From positions 4,548-68,547 of the forward strand of contig JBAQNR010000007.1 in the NCBI GenBank assembly GCA_049304035.1: a stretch of 64,000 bases of DNA. Direction: 5' to 3'. Below are positions 49,168 to 58,137 of the stretch, piece after piece. The notes under the pieces are model-generated. The model had not been told where the DNA came from, did not search any database, and worked only from the letters and a program-made list of their open reading frames with translations. The position numbers and the translations under genes were made by a program. How positions within the stretch are numbered: position 1 is the stretch's first letter; the number at the start of each line of letters is the position of its first letter. The DNA comes from Microgenomates group bacterium (GTDB lineage Bacteria; Patescibacteriota; Microgenomatia; UBA1406; GWC2-37-13).

Positions 49168-50147
49168 ATGGATTTGAGGTAAGCACCAACACCTACGCCG
49201 TTAAAGAACTGCTTGGACTTGGCGGATCAATCACCAACAATACGGGCGCAACGGGAGCAGATGGATTCCTTCCAAAAATAGGTAGATGGCTAAACGTCTA
49301 CAGCCTTGACAGATACGCCGTCACCAACAAAGGGATTGATGGCAAGGACTCCTGGTATAGCCTGATACGACTGCAAACAGACGTTATTGACCTTGCGCCA
49401 GATTTGATTATTTACGACTGCGCTATCAACGATAACGACCAGTCGCCTTATGCAAAATGCGAGGAAGCGGTAATCCGCAGGCTAAGAACTGCCCTGCCAG
49501 ACGCGAAAATAGCAGGCATTATTTTCGGGACAACTGCCAACAGGCTCGGAACTGACCCAACCAACACAAAAGCAACAACAGCGGCGCAGGTGCGGGAAAT
49601 TCTCACACATTATGGGATTTTATATGCAGACCAAACTGCCGCCGTTGTTACTAGTGTTAACGCAGGCACTTATACACTCGCTCAAATATTTGCAGACACC
49701 ATCCATCCCGCTGATGTAGGTCACTTGCTAGGCAAACAAACTTTGGATGATGTAATTCCAACGGCATTAACCCAAACATTGCCTTCCCTGCCTACACCAT
49801 TGCATGATACTGCCGGAGATTATTCTCAAACCCCAATAATTAGAGTCGCAAATGATAATGATGGCGAGACGGGTGTATGGGCAGAGAGTGGAACAGACGA
49901 GGCATCAAGTACCGCAGATTCAACAATCACATGGACAGGAGCATTTTCAAGTTTTGGATTTGATACTGGATACGGAGCCTCGCAAACATATGCATGGCAA
50001 ATAGATGGCGGAGCATGGACAAATGTTTCTCCATCCACAGTGGGATATACCAATAACCTGCTATGGAGTGGAGCGCGGGGAGCACATACTGTGGTTGTGA
50101 AAGTTGTAACTGGAACCATTACGGTTAAAAGATTTTTAGCTGTATAA
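49164..50147 (+). CDS. SGNH/GDSL-type hydrolase domain tail protein (putative esterase)
   Basis: IIYDCAINDN (GxND block) and ADTIHPADVGH (DxxH block); ATGA-coupled to the previous gene. Confidence 0.55.
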   Translation: MNGFEVSTNTYAVKELLGLGGSITNNTGATGADGFLPKIGRWLNVYSLDRYAVTNKGIDGKDSWYSLIRLQTDVIDLAPDLIIYDCAINDNDQSPYAKCEEAVIRRLRTALPDAKIAGIIFGTTANRLGTDPTNTKATTAAQVREILTHYGILYADQTAAVVTSVNAGTYTLAQIFADTIHPADVGHLLGKQTLDDVIPTALTQTLPSLPTPLHDTAGDYSQTPIIRVANDNDGETGVWAESGTDEASSTADSTITWTGAFSSFGFDTGYGASQTYAWQIDGGAWTNVSPSTVGYTNNLLWSGARGAHTVVVKVVTGTITVKRFLAV

Positions 50148-50163
50148 AATAAGCATTTTATTA
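50143..50163. repeat. AT-palindrome family copy (plus-arm)
   Basis: tataaaataagcattttatta. Confidence 0.5.
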
Positions 50164-50217
50164 ATACACAAAGGATAAAATGAAAAATAAAAATCTTAGA
50201 AAGGAGGTAAAAAATTA

Positions 50218-51858
50218 ATGGCAAATACAAAAACAATTAAAAAGAAAGTTGCCCCTCCTCAAGAAAAAAAAGTTCTTTTAACAGAGCAGGAAACGTGGGA
50301 TGTCTTGCGGTTTGCATCTGAGTTATATGGCGGACAGATGGGATATAATCCCATGCTTGTAAATGCAAGAATGCAAGACATGACAATGAATATAAAGAAT
50401 GGAACAAGCGTTCAAATAGACGCGGCTCTCGCTGAACCAAAATTGAATGAGGCTTTTCTTACTGGACAATCTGAGTTCTTTGAATTAACGTCGATGCTGT
50501 ATAAGCGTATATTGTATTATCTGAGCGGAATCCCCGCTTTTGATTTTACTTATACTTGTACAAATGCAACTGATAAGGATTATAAGTCCCCCGCGTATAA
50601 AAAAGATTTAGAAGCAGTAAAAGAATTTTTTGATAAATTCAATCCAAAACAAGAGTTCAGAACAATTCTAAAGCAAATGGTTCGTCAAGAAACATTTTTT
50701 GGATTCTTCAGAGATGATGGGGAAAGATATTTGTTTCAGGAGATTCCAGAAAATTATTCAATGATAACTGGTCGTTGGGAAAACGGATTGCTTTGGGATT
50801 TGAACATGTATTTATTTTTACAACCCGGATTTGTTCTCGATATGTTTCCTGATATTTTCAAGAAATTATGGAAGAAAGCGTTTGGTAATAAACAACCCAA
50901 GGAAATATATGACCCCGCTACCGGCGTTGATAAAAGAGATTCTTCTTGGATTTACTGGGTTCAGACATCACCAAAAGATGGTTTTTGGTGTTTCAAACTG
51001 CAACCAGAACTAGCAACGAGAATTCCTTTCTTAGCACCAATGTTCCCAGATGTTGTTTTACAAAAAACAATGCGGGAATTGCAAACCAACACCTATATTG
51101 CAGCTGCGTCGAAGATAATCTCGGGTCGTGTTCCCATGCTGAATAAAGACACGAAAGCGGCGGTGAGAGACAGTGTTGCTATTTCTCCAGAGTTGCTTGG
51201 AAAATTCCTTGCTCTTATGAAATCAGGTTTATCTGATGCAATCAAGGTAACCTCAAGCCCATTGGAAGACCAAGCGGCAATTGAGTTCTCCGGTGCCGAT
51301 TCTGATTTTTATCAGAATTATTTAAAAACAACAACCTCATCTTCTGGTGTGAACTCACGCTTGATTTACACTCTTGATAAGAATAATGCGGTTGAATCAC
51401 AACTATCAATTAACGTTGATGAGTTTTTGATGTTTGGTTTATATCCTCAGTTTGAAAATTTCTTAGATTATCAAACGAACAAGTTGACAAAGAAATTTAA
51501 GTTTAAATTCAAATTTGAAGGTAGTGAATTCTATACCAATAGAAAAGAGAGATTTGATACTCAGATGTCTCTTATTCCTTTGGGTATAGTTATGCCACAA
51601 AAAATTGCGGCGGCTATTGGAATGTCTCCATTTGCTTTTATTAGACAAATTGAAGAATCAAAAGCAATGGGATTTACCGATATGCTGACTCCAATAGAAA
51701 CAGCGATGGGTGGATTGGCTGGAGCGGGCGGAAAAACGAAAGGGTCAAACCCATCGGGCAAAGAAGGAGCGCCTAAAAAAGATGCTTCGGAACTGAGTGA
51801 AGGTGGAGAAAATACTCGTGACGCCGCAGGCAACGCTGGACGTGGGGGAGATGAATAA
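50218..51858 (+). CDS. putative portal protein (546 aa)
   Basis: size and position at the start of the head module; Gly-rich C-terminal tail; no motif-level support. Confidence 0.5.
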   Translation: MANTKTIKKKVAPPQEKKVLLTEQETWDVLRFASELYGGQMGYNPMLVNARMQDMTMNIKNGTSVQIDAALAEPKLNEAFLTGQSEFFELTSMLYKRILYYLSGIPAFDFTYTCTNATDKDYKSPAYKKDLEAVKEFFDKFNPKQEFRTILKQMVRQETFFGFFRDDGERYLFQEIPENYSMITGRWENGLLWDLNMYLFLQPGFVLDMFPDIFKKLWKKAFGNKQPKEIYDPATGVDKRDSSWIYWVQTSPKDGFWCFKLQPELATRIPFLAPMFPDVVLQKTMRELQTNTYIAAASKIISGRVPMLNKDTKAAVRDSVAISPELLGKFLALMKSGLSDAIKVTSSPLEDQAAIEFSGADSDFYQNYLKTTTSSSGVNSRLIYTLDKNNAVESQLSINVDEFLMFGLYPQFENFLDYQTNKLTKKFKFKFKFEGSEFYTNRKERFDTQMSLIPLGIVMPQKIAAAIGMSPFAFIRQIEESKAMGFTDMLTPIETAMGGLAGAGGKTKGSNPSGKEGAPKKDASELSEGGENTRDAAGNAGRGGDE

Positions 51859-51875
51859 AATCAATATTTTATTCA
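51852..51875. repeat. AT-palindrome family copy (plus-arm)
   Basis: tgaataaaatcaatattttattca; TGA is the portal stop. Confidence 0.65.
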
Positions 51876-51967
51876 CAAAGTAAGACGAGGAACGAATGTG
51901 AAATTGGTTGTTCGATAATCCTCTAAGGATAAGGTAAAAAACCACATATATAAGGAGAAATAAAAAA

Positions 51968-52639
51968 ATGACAGCTTTAACAAGCAAAGAAATCTCAGAT
52001 TTAAATAGAATGAATCGCTCCGCTCAAAATGCGGTATTGGGCACTCGTCTTGGTGCAATTGATGGCTCGGTAACAAGTGGTACAACTTTAGTTGCGGTGA
52101 GTTTCTCTCCCGCGGCAAGTGCAACCACTACCAGCATCAATGCCCACAAGTTATTTGCGATTGGTGATGTAACGGGCAATACCGCCTATGGTATGGGAGA
52201 CCCCGCCAAACCGACTACTGGTATAATGGCATCTTTTGGACGTACCGCATTGGCCACAGGAACATTTACCGATACCGCCGCTGATTTTCGTATCATCAAT
52301 AAACTTGTTGACACAACGGGCGTCCACTCCATGCAAGGTTTGTATGTAAAAGCAAAGAACTATTCTGGGGCAACCTTGACTGGTAATCTCTATGGTGCTT
52401 TTATCGAAACAGTTGCAGATGGAACCGTGGATGGTCAAAGTGCGGCAATCAAACTTGGAACCGATGCAACTCGCGTTAACAGAATGATTGATGCTGGCGA
52501 TATGCTTTTGACAAAATATACTAGCAACAAAGCAGTTGTTCTTTTGAAATTTGTGGATGCCGCTGGCACTACACAGTATCTTGTTCACAATACCGATGCC
52601 GCAACAGTTCTTGCAGTAACTTCGTCTGCCCCATCATAA
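51968..52639 (+). CDS. hypothetical structural protein (223 aa)
   Basis: track ORF; TAAGGAGAAAT SD; Ala/Thr/Gly-rich. Confidence 0.6.
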   Translation: MTALTSKEISDLNRMNRSAQNAVLGTRLGAIDGSVTSGTTLVAVSFSPAASATTTSINAHKLFAIGDVTGNTAYGMGDPAKPTTGIMASFGRTALATGTFTDTAADFRIINKLVDTTGVHSMQGLYVKAKNYSGATLTGNLYGAFIETVADGTVDGQSAAIKLGTDATRVNRMIDAGDMLLTKYTSNKAVVLLKFVDAAGTTQYLVHNTDAATVLAVTSSAPS

Positions 52640-52650
52640 AAAAGGATTTC

Positions 52651-52818
52651 ATGAATATCACAATTGAAGACTTAGAGAATCGTAAGAAAACACTTCAAGA
52701 AGAGTTAGACGGGCTTTTGAGTAAAGCCAATGCCATCAGTGGGGCGATTCAGGATTGTGACTATTGGCTTGAACAAATAAAATTAGAGAAAGAAGACCCT
52801 AATTTATCGGAAGGTTAG
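52651..52818 (+). CDS. small coiled-coil protein (55 aa)
   Basis: ATG 52651 after AAAAGGA; below track cutoff. Confidence 0.45.
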   Translation: MNITIEDLENRKKTLQEELDGLLSKANAISGAIQDCDYWLEQIKLEKEDPNLSEG

Positions 52819-52823
52819 CAAAA

Positions 52824-52856
52824 AAGAGGTGTGTCCAAGTTGTGGACACACCTCTT
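52824..52856. terminator. strong hairpin (terminator candidate)
   Basis: perfect 14-bp stem 52824-52837/52843-52856; A-run before it and a short T-run after it. Confidence 0.5.
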
Positions 52857-52900
52857 ATATTATACATCCTTTCACCAAAAGGAAAGGAGGATAAAAATTA

Positions 52901-53395
52901 ATGAATGAAAAAATAATTAGTGAAAATCTCGTTCAAGCAATAATCGGACAGATGAGAGAAGAAAAAATAAATGCTCATGTCTACTTATTTATTTCTGGTT
53001 TTCTAAAAGGAAAAGGATTAGACAATCTTGCCTCTATTTTTGAAAATCAATACAAGGAAGAAAATGAACATTTTCATAAATTCTTCGATATACTAACCGA
53101 TTTTAACGTTGTTCCAAATATTCCAGATATTCCCAATGTTCAATTTGATTTCACATCGATTGTGGATATTGCGAATAAATTTCTGGAAAGGGAACTTCTT
53201 ACAACTGAAAGTATAACAGAAATTAGGGATTTATCTATTGATGAATCTTATCCTATTGCGGAAGAATTCTTGCGCGATATGATTTCTTTACAGCGTTTGG
53301 AATACGAAGAAGCATTAACAATGGTCGATAAAGCAGAGTTATGTGGCTCCAATTGGATGAACGTATTTATTTGGGATTTGGGATTGAAGGGTTAG
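52901..53395 (+). CDS. ferritin-like protein
   Basis: QMREEKINAHVY..., YKEENEHFHKFFDIL (ExxH), FLERELLT, SLQRLEYEE align with FtnA ferroxidase-centre helices (from memory). Confidence 0.65.
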   Translation: MNEKIISENLVQAIIGQMREEKINAHVYLFISGFLKGKGLDNLASIFENQYKEENEHFHKFFDILTDFNVVPNIPDIPNVQFDFTSIVDIANKFLERELLTTESITEIRDLSIDESYPIAEEFLRDMISLQRLEYEEALTMVDKAELCGSNWMNVFIWDLGLKG

Positions 53396-53398
53396 CAT

Positions 53399-53626
53399 AT
53401 GTATATATCTAACCCCTCAATATTGAAATCCGATTTAATAGAATGCGGTAGAACCATTGCCGAATATCTTGAGGGAAAAAGTATTCCGATGTTATCACAT
53501 GATAATGGAAAATATTATTTTTCTTATACTGAGTTAACAAAAGAATTGTTGCTTCAAATACCACTTGAAGTAAAAGTAAAAAGATATTTCTTAGGAGAGG
53601 AGGATTACAAAATAAAACATGTCTAA
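53399..53626 (+). CDS. hypothetical protein (75 aa)
   Basis: track ORF; weak AAGGG SD. Confidence 0.5.
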   Translation: MYISNPSILKSDLIECGRTIAEYLEGKSIPMLSHDNGKYYFSYTELTKELLLQIPLEVKVKRYFLGEEDYKIKHV

Positions 53627-55214
53627 ATTGCTGAAATTTACAGTAAATGATTATACAGTAGAAGAAAATCCTCAATCTCACTTTGCGATACTCAATATGA
53701 AAATTGTTTCTGATGGCGATAATATGCACAGTTTGCCAATTGAGACCGATGCTATTAGAAAAGCATCCTCAACATTATTTGGTAAACCTGTATTAGCGGA
53801 TTACTTGGAAGATGGAACGTTGGGCGGACACGGGGAGACAGAAATCCCAATCGGAACCTTCCTCGATAGGGACGTTAAAATTCAAAAAGAGTCCGATGGG
53901 AAAACATGGATGTACGGCGTTGCTTATATTTGGAAAAGATATTTTCCACATATTATGGATGTTTTCAAAAAGAATGATGGGAAGACAGATATTTCAATGG
54001 AAATTGAAGTAACAGAATCCCGCTTCGCTCTTGATGGAAAAGAACATATTTATGGATTTAATTTTCTAGGCGTAACCACGATTGGTGTGACACCCGCGAT
54101 TACCGGTAGTGGGGCAACTGTTTTGCAATTCTCTGCTTTAAAACAAAAAGCAGAAGAAGAATTTTCAAGTAAGTACTCAGAAATAGATTTTACAATACCC
54201 CAAGGTGTTAAAGATTGGTGCAATAAAGGATTGAGTTTTCAGTCATCGAAAGGCGGACACCCCGTATCACTAGCGGTTGCAAGACACATTGTAAAAAATG
54301 ATATTGCTAACCCAAAGAAAGTGCAACAAATGAAAAAGTTCTTCGAGAAAAATAAAGACTTTGAATTTACCGAATCTGATAATCCAGATGGAAAATCATT
54401 GTCATTTATGTTGCATGGCGCTGGTGAAGGGAGAGTTTGGTCTAATGATGTTTGGATGTCGATGCAGGAAGCGAACAATAAAAAAAGTTCGTTCTTCTCT
54501 GCGGAGGAAAATAAAATGAAGGAGGACGAAGAAGATATGGATGAGAAAAAGAAAGTTGAAGCCTCATCTCCCCCGCCTGAAAAAGAAGAAGAAAAGGTAG
54601 AGGAAAAAATGAGCGCCGAGGAAGTTCCTGCTGAAAAGGAAGAAGAAAAGAAAGAAGAAATGTCAGCGGAAAAAGAACCCGAAGGTGTGGAAGACTCTCC
54701 AGAAGAAGAGAAGAAAGAAACACCAGAAGAGGAAAAGAAAGAGGAAATGTCTCTCGATGCTTATGCTGATGTTCCCGCTTTCTTATCAATGCTTGAATCT
54801 GAAACAGAGCAACATCAAGCCATGGCTGGTATGTTTGCCGCTGGAAATGTTCAGGCTCCCACTATGTATTCGGCTTTTTATGCTTTGGCAAAAAAATTCG
54901 CTGATATGAAGGGCGAATTTGAAGCATTGAAGAAATTCAAGGCAGATAAAGAAGCAGAAGAGTTTGGTTTGAAAGTTGAAGCATCTCTCAAAGATGTCTA
55001 TGCTTTCTTGCCAAAAGAAGAAGTTGACCAGCAAAAAGAAGAATCAAAGAAATTTACCCTTGAAACTTTTAGCGCTTGGGAAACAGGCTTAAAGGCAAAA
55101 GCCTTTGAAGCGTCTAAGAATATAAAGCACGAAGATAAGAAAGAAGAAGATGTAAAACGCTTCCCCTTTGGAAATCTGAATGCCAAAAAATCAAATAAAA
55201 AATCTTTATGGTAA
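53619..55214 (+). CDS. scaffolding / prohead-core-like protein with Glu/Lys-rich linker (531 aa)
   Basis: position between portal and capsid genes; long EEKKEEMS-type low-complexity acidic segment; helical C-terminus. Confidence 0.45.
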   Translation: MSKLLKFTVNDYTVEENPQSHFAILNMKIVSDGDNMHSLPIETDAIRKASSTLFGKPVLADYLEDGTLGGHGETEIPIGTFLDRDVKIQKESDGKTWMYGVAYIWKRYFPHIMDVFKKNDGKTDISMEIEVTESRFALDGKEHIYGFNFLGVTTIGVTPAITGSGATVLQFSALKQKAEEEFSSKYSEIDFTIPQGVKDWCNKGLSFQSSKGGHPVSLAVARHIVKNDIANPKKVQQMKKFFEKNKDFEFTESDNPDGKSLSFMLHGAGEGRVWSNDVWMSMQEANNKKSSFFSAEENKMKEDEEDMDEKKKVEASSPPPEKEEEKVEEKMSAEEVPAEKEEEKKEEMSAEKEPEGVEDSPEEEKKETPEEEKKEEMSLDAYADVPAFLSMLESETEQHQAMAGMFAAGNVQAPTMYSAFYALAKKFADMKGEFEALKKFKADKEAEEFGLKVEASLKDVYAFLPKEEVDQQKEESKKFTLETFSAWETGLKAKAFEASKNIKHEDKKEEDVKRFPFGNLNAKKSNKKSLW

Positions 55215-55232
55215 TAACGGAGGAATAATAAA

Positions 55233-55775
55233 ATGACTTACCCTGTACTTATTCAAAAATCCGCGATGGCGAAGGATGTTCTGTCCCTCAATCGCTATGC
55301 TGAATGTGCTTCAATTGTTGGTAATGGATATTTGGTCAGTGTTGCCGCCAAATCCGCAACCGCCGGTGAAGGCGAAGTTTGGACTGGTGTTTTGCCCGTA
55401 ACTGGAACTCTCCCCAAACTTTGGATGGTTTACCAGCCTGAAATCAACCTCACTGTTGATGGAACCAAAGAGTTCCGTGGTATCAATGTTGACCCGCGTG
55501 ATTTCTATGTTCCTGCTGGAGCAAAATTTGGTATCTTTAAGCCCCAAGTTGGTGATATTATTCGCATGACTGGTGATGGATTTGCTACTGGTACTGGCGC
55601 CGCTTCTGCGTTTGCAGTCGCCGTTGACCAAGCATTTAAATTGACATGGGCTTCGGGTGCCATTTCCGGTCTTTCGTTTGCTTATCTTGCCACCACGTAT
55701 ATCAGTATTTCTGATGGTAGCATTGGCACACAAAGAGTAACCGCATATGATATGGAATGCGTTGCCGTAGCTTAG
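55233..55775 (+). CDS. head-associated structural protein (decoration-like by position, 180 aa)
   Basis: directly upstream of the capsid gene; ACGGAGGAATAA SD. Confidence 0.45.
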   Translation: MTYPVLIQKSAMAKDVLSLNRYAECASIVGNGYLVSVAAKSATAGEGEVWTGVLPVTGTLPKLWMVYQPEINLTVDGTKEFRGINVDPRDFYVPAGAKFGIFKPQVGDIIRMTGDGFATGTGAASAFAVAVDQAFKLTWASGAISGLSFAYLATTYISISDGSIGTQRVTAYDMECVAVA

Positions 55776-55843
55776 TCTATAAATCAACAATGATGATTTA
55801 TTTAAAAAATAAGAACAATAAAAAGATGGAGGAATAAAAAGAT

Positions 55844-56959
55844 ATGATTAAAATGCCTAGCAACGTACTTGCCTTTTCCGGTGGCAAGACCGACGTTTAT
55901 GAAAAATTTGTTGATTACTACAATCACTCGATGTCTCGCATCGACAAAACTCGCACTTATTTTTTCCAAGACAAGCGCGATGATGGTTCATTGATTTCTC
56001 TCGATGAAAAAGAAGCCGAAATGAATGACGCCTTCAAGACGGAAATCATGCGTGTGGCTGGAATCGCTTCTTTCGAAGGATTCCCTCTTCAGACTTGGAG
56101 CAATCACCCCTCGCTTAAATTTGCAACATTTGCCGTTGTAAGCGCCATGGTTGACATGGTGCTTCCCGATGCTTTGATTCAGTCAACTGGTCTCTATGCC
56201 GATGTTCGCTCAATCGGCTTTGGCGATTCTGCTTCATTCGAAGTTGCTCCTCGTGACCTGTTTGTGGTCTCGAAGGGTAGTTTGACCAAACGCGCTGGAG
56301 AAATTCAGAAGCAGTTCAATGGTCAAGTGACCATTCTTCCCGAATTCAGAAGCCTTTCAACCGAAGTTGCTTTAGCCAAAGTTCTCGCTGGAAAAGAAAG
56401 CCTTGCTTTGTTTGTCATGAAGATTGCAAAATCGATGGAAGTTGCACTTGCTTCCGATGTTTATAGCACCTTCAATACCGCTATGGCGGCTTTGGACAAC
56501 GCTGGCGACGACCTTCTTCGCGTGGCTGGATACACCCAGACCGACTTGGTTTCTCTCGGTCAGAAAGTTACCTCATGGAATGGCGGAAACAAAGCCATGA
56601 TTTGTGGAACTCAATTGGCTCTCCAGAACATTCTTCCTGCCGATGCTAACTATCGCTATACCTTGGAATCTGCTTATGCCACACTCGGCTATGTTCAGAA
56701 TTTCGCTGGTTTCGATGTTATGCTTCTCCCGCAGGTTGCTGATTGGGCTACGCCTTTCAAGACCTTGCTTGATGATACCAAGATTTATATCATCTCCCCG
56801 GGCGCTCAGAAACTCGTAAAAGTTGTCCTCGAAGGAAGCACTCTTGCCAACACAGACGCTCCTTATGCCAACGCCAATCTTTCTCAGAGTGCTACAATCT
56901 GGAAATCTTGGGGCACTGCAATTTGTACCAATGCCGTGGCAGCGGTTTTGACCTTATAA
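55844..56959 (+). CDS. putative major capsid protein (371 aa)
   Basis: size, position after scaffold, GC-richer and biased composition consistent with a highly expressed structural gene. Confidence 0.6.
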   Translation: MIKMPSNVLAFSGGKTDVYEKFVDYYNHSMSRIDKTRTYFFQDKRDDGSLISLDEKEAEMNDAFKTEIMRVAGIASFEGFPLQTWSNHPSLKFATFAVVSAMVDMVLPDALIQSTGLYADVRSIGFGDSASFEVAPRDLFVVSKGSLTKRAGEIQKQFNGQVTILPEFRSLSTEVALAKVLAGKESLALFVMKIAKSMEVALASDVYSTFNTAMAALDNAGDDLLRVAGYTQTDLVSLGQKVTSWNGGNKAMICGTQLALQNILPADANYRYTLESAYATLGYVQNFAGFDVMLLPQVADWATPFKTLLDDTKIYIISPGAQKLVKVVLEGSTLANTDAPYANANLSQSATIWKSWGTAICTNAVAAVLTL

Positions 56960-56965
56960 TTTAAG

Positions 56966-56994
56966 TTGACATATTAGAGATAGTGTGTTATAAT
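56966..56994 (+). promoter_or_regulatory. consensus extended -10 promoter (plus strand)
   Basis: TTGACA (56966-56971), 17 nt incl. TGt, TATAAT (56989-56994); flanked by direct repeat TTATAATT(T)AAG at 56953 and 56988. Confidence 0.75.
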
Positions 56995-57040
56995 TAAGTT
57001 ATCAAAGCAGATAGAATCCTTGGACGCAGGGAATTTCGAC

Positions 57041-57077
57041 AAGGGGTTTGTGCCTCTTCATAAACCCCTTCTGTTTT
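57041..57077 (+). terminator. terminator/attenuator hairpin between promoter and HNH gene
   Basis: 9-bp stem aaggggttt/aaacccctt, 12-nt loop, followed by CTGTTTT. Confidence 0.55.
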
Positions 57078-57105
57078 GAAATATTATAATAAGAGGATTA
57101 TAAAA

Positions 57106-58137
57106 ATGACAATGGGAAAAAGAAAGACAAAAAAAGAGATTCAATCCCAAATAGATTTGATGCATGGTGTCGGAAAAATTAAAATAACAAAATACACTGC
57201 CGTTAGGAACAAGGGCGGCTTCAAGTGTTTAGTTTGCGGGCATAGATGGACAACTTTTGTCGCCAACGTTATAAAAAGAACGGGTTGCCCAATATGTGCC
57301 ACCGATGGTCTTCGCCTTTCAATGGATGAGGTAAGAAAAATTGTTGAAGACAACGGAGCGGAACTTATATCTAAAAAATATAAGAACACAAAAGAACACC
57401 TAAAAATAAAATTTACAGAATGTGGACATGTTAGAAAAATGTCTCTGTATGCAATCCAACAACGACAAGGATGCAAATGCCGAGCCCAAGATAAATTCAA
57501 AGAAACATTGTCGGAAAAATGTTCCGATAAATTAAATGTTATTTTAAAAGAAAAGAACTATGTTCTACTCAAAAGAGAAGCCATCATGAATTGGGATTCT
57601 TTTATATCTTATAAATGCGATATTGGACACATAGTAGAAAATCAAACATATAGAGATTTTTCAAGAAGAAAAAAATGCAAACAATGTTGCCAAGATTCTT
57701 GGGGAGAAAAACAAAGAGGATGTCTCGGAAACAATTGGAAAGGTGGGATAACATTTTTTAGAATCCATGCTCGAAAATATTTGACCCAATGGAAAAAGGA
57801 TTCTATGAAAGAATCTAATTATAAGTGTATAATAACCGGTGACAGATTTGATGACATACACCATTTATATTCCATGGACAAAATATTACGGGACGCACTT
57901 TATGAACTAGGAATTGACATGAGAGAGTTCGTAAAAGACTATTCCCAAGAGGAAATAGATGCTGTTTCCAAAAAAATAGTCGAACTTCACGATTCCCATC
58001 CTCTGGGTGTTTGCCTGAGAAAAGATATTCACGCTTTGTTCCATAGTGTTTATGGATATGGAAATACCGACGAAGTTCAATTTTATGAATTTAAAGAAAA
58101 AATAAAATCCGGCGAAATTATAATACCGGAAATATAA
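57106..58137 (+). CDS. HNH homing-endonuclease-like protein with N-terminal zinc ribbons
   Basis: CLVCGHRW...CPICA repeats; C-terminal ITGDRFDDIHHLYS ... DIHALFH HNH-like; ATG 57106 with AGAGGA SD. Confidence 0.55.
   Translation: MTMGKRKTKKEIQSQIDLMHGVGKIKITKYTAVRNKGGFKCLVCGHRWTTFVANVIKRTGCPICATDGLRLSMDEVRKIVEDNGAELISKKYKNTKEHLKIKFTECGHVRKMSLYAIQQRQGCKCRAQDKFKETLSEKCSDKLNVILKEKNYVLLKREAIMNWDSFISYKCDIGHIVENQTYRDFSRRKKCKQCCQDSWGEKQRGCLGNNWKGGITFFRIHARKYLTQWKKDSMKESNYKCIITGDRFDDIHHLYSMDKILRDALYELGIDMREFVKDYSQEEIDAVSKKIVELHDSHPLGVCLRKDIHALFHSVYGYGNTDEVQFYEFKEKIKSGEIIIPEI

Noticed and set aside
44561-50147. Diversity-generating retroelement (template/variable repeat) in the fibre module
   Set aside because: There is no reverse transcriptase in the window. 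I saw no near-identical ~100-bp DNA repeat pair with adenine-specific differences. The two similar C-terminal domains are diverged paralogues.
53619-55214. Calling the 531-aa protein a prohead protease
   Set aside because: I could not identify Ser/His (HK97/ClpP/S49-type) catalytic motifs. Only position and the acidic linker support a scaffold-like role.
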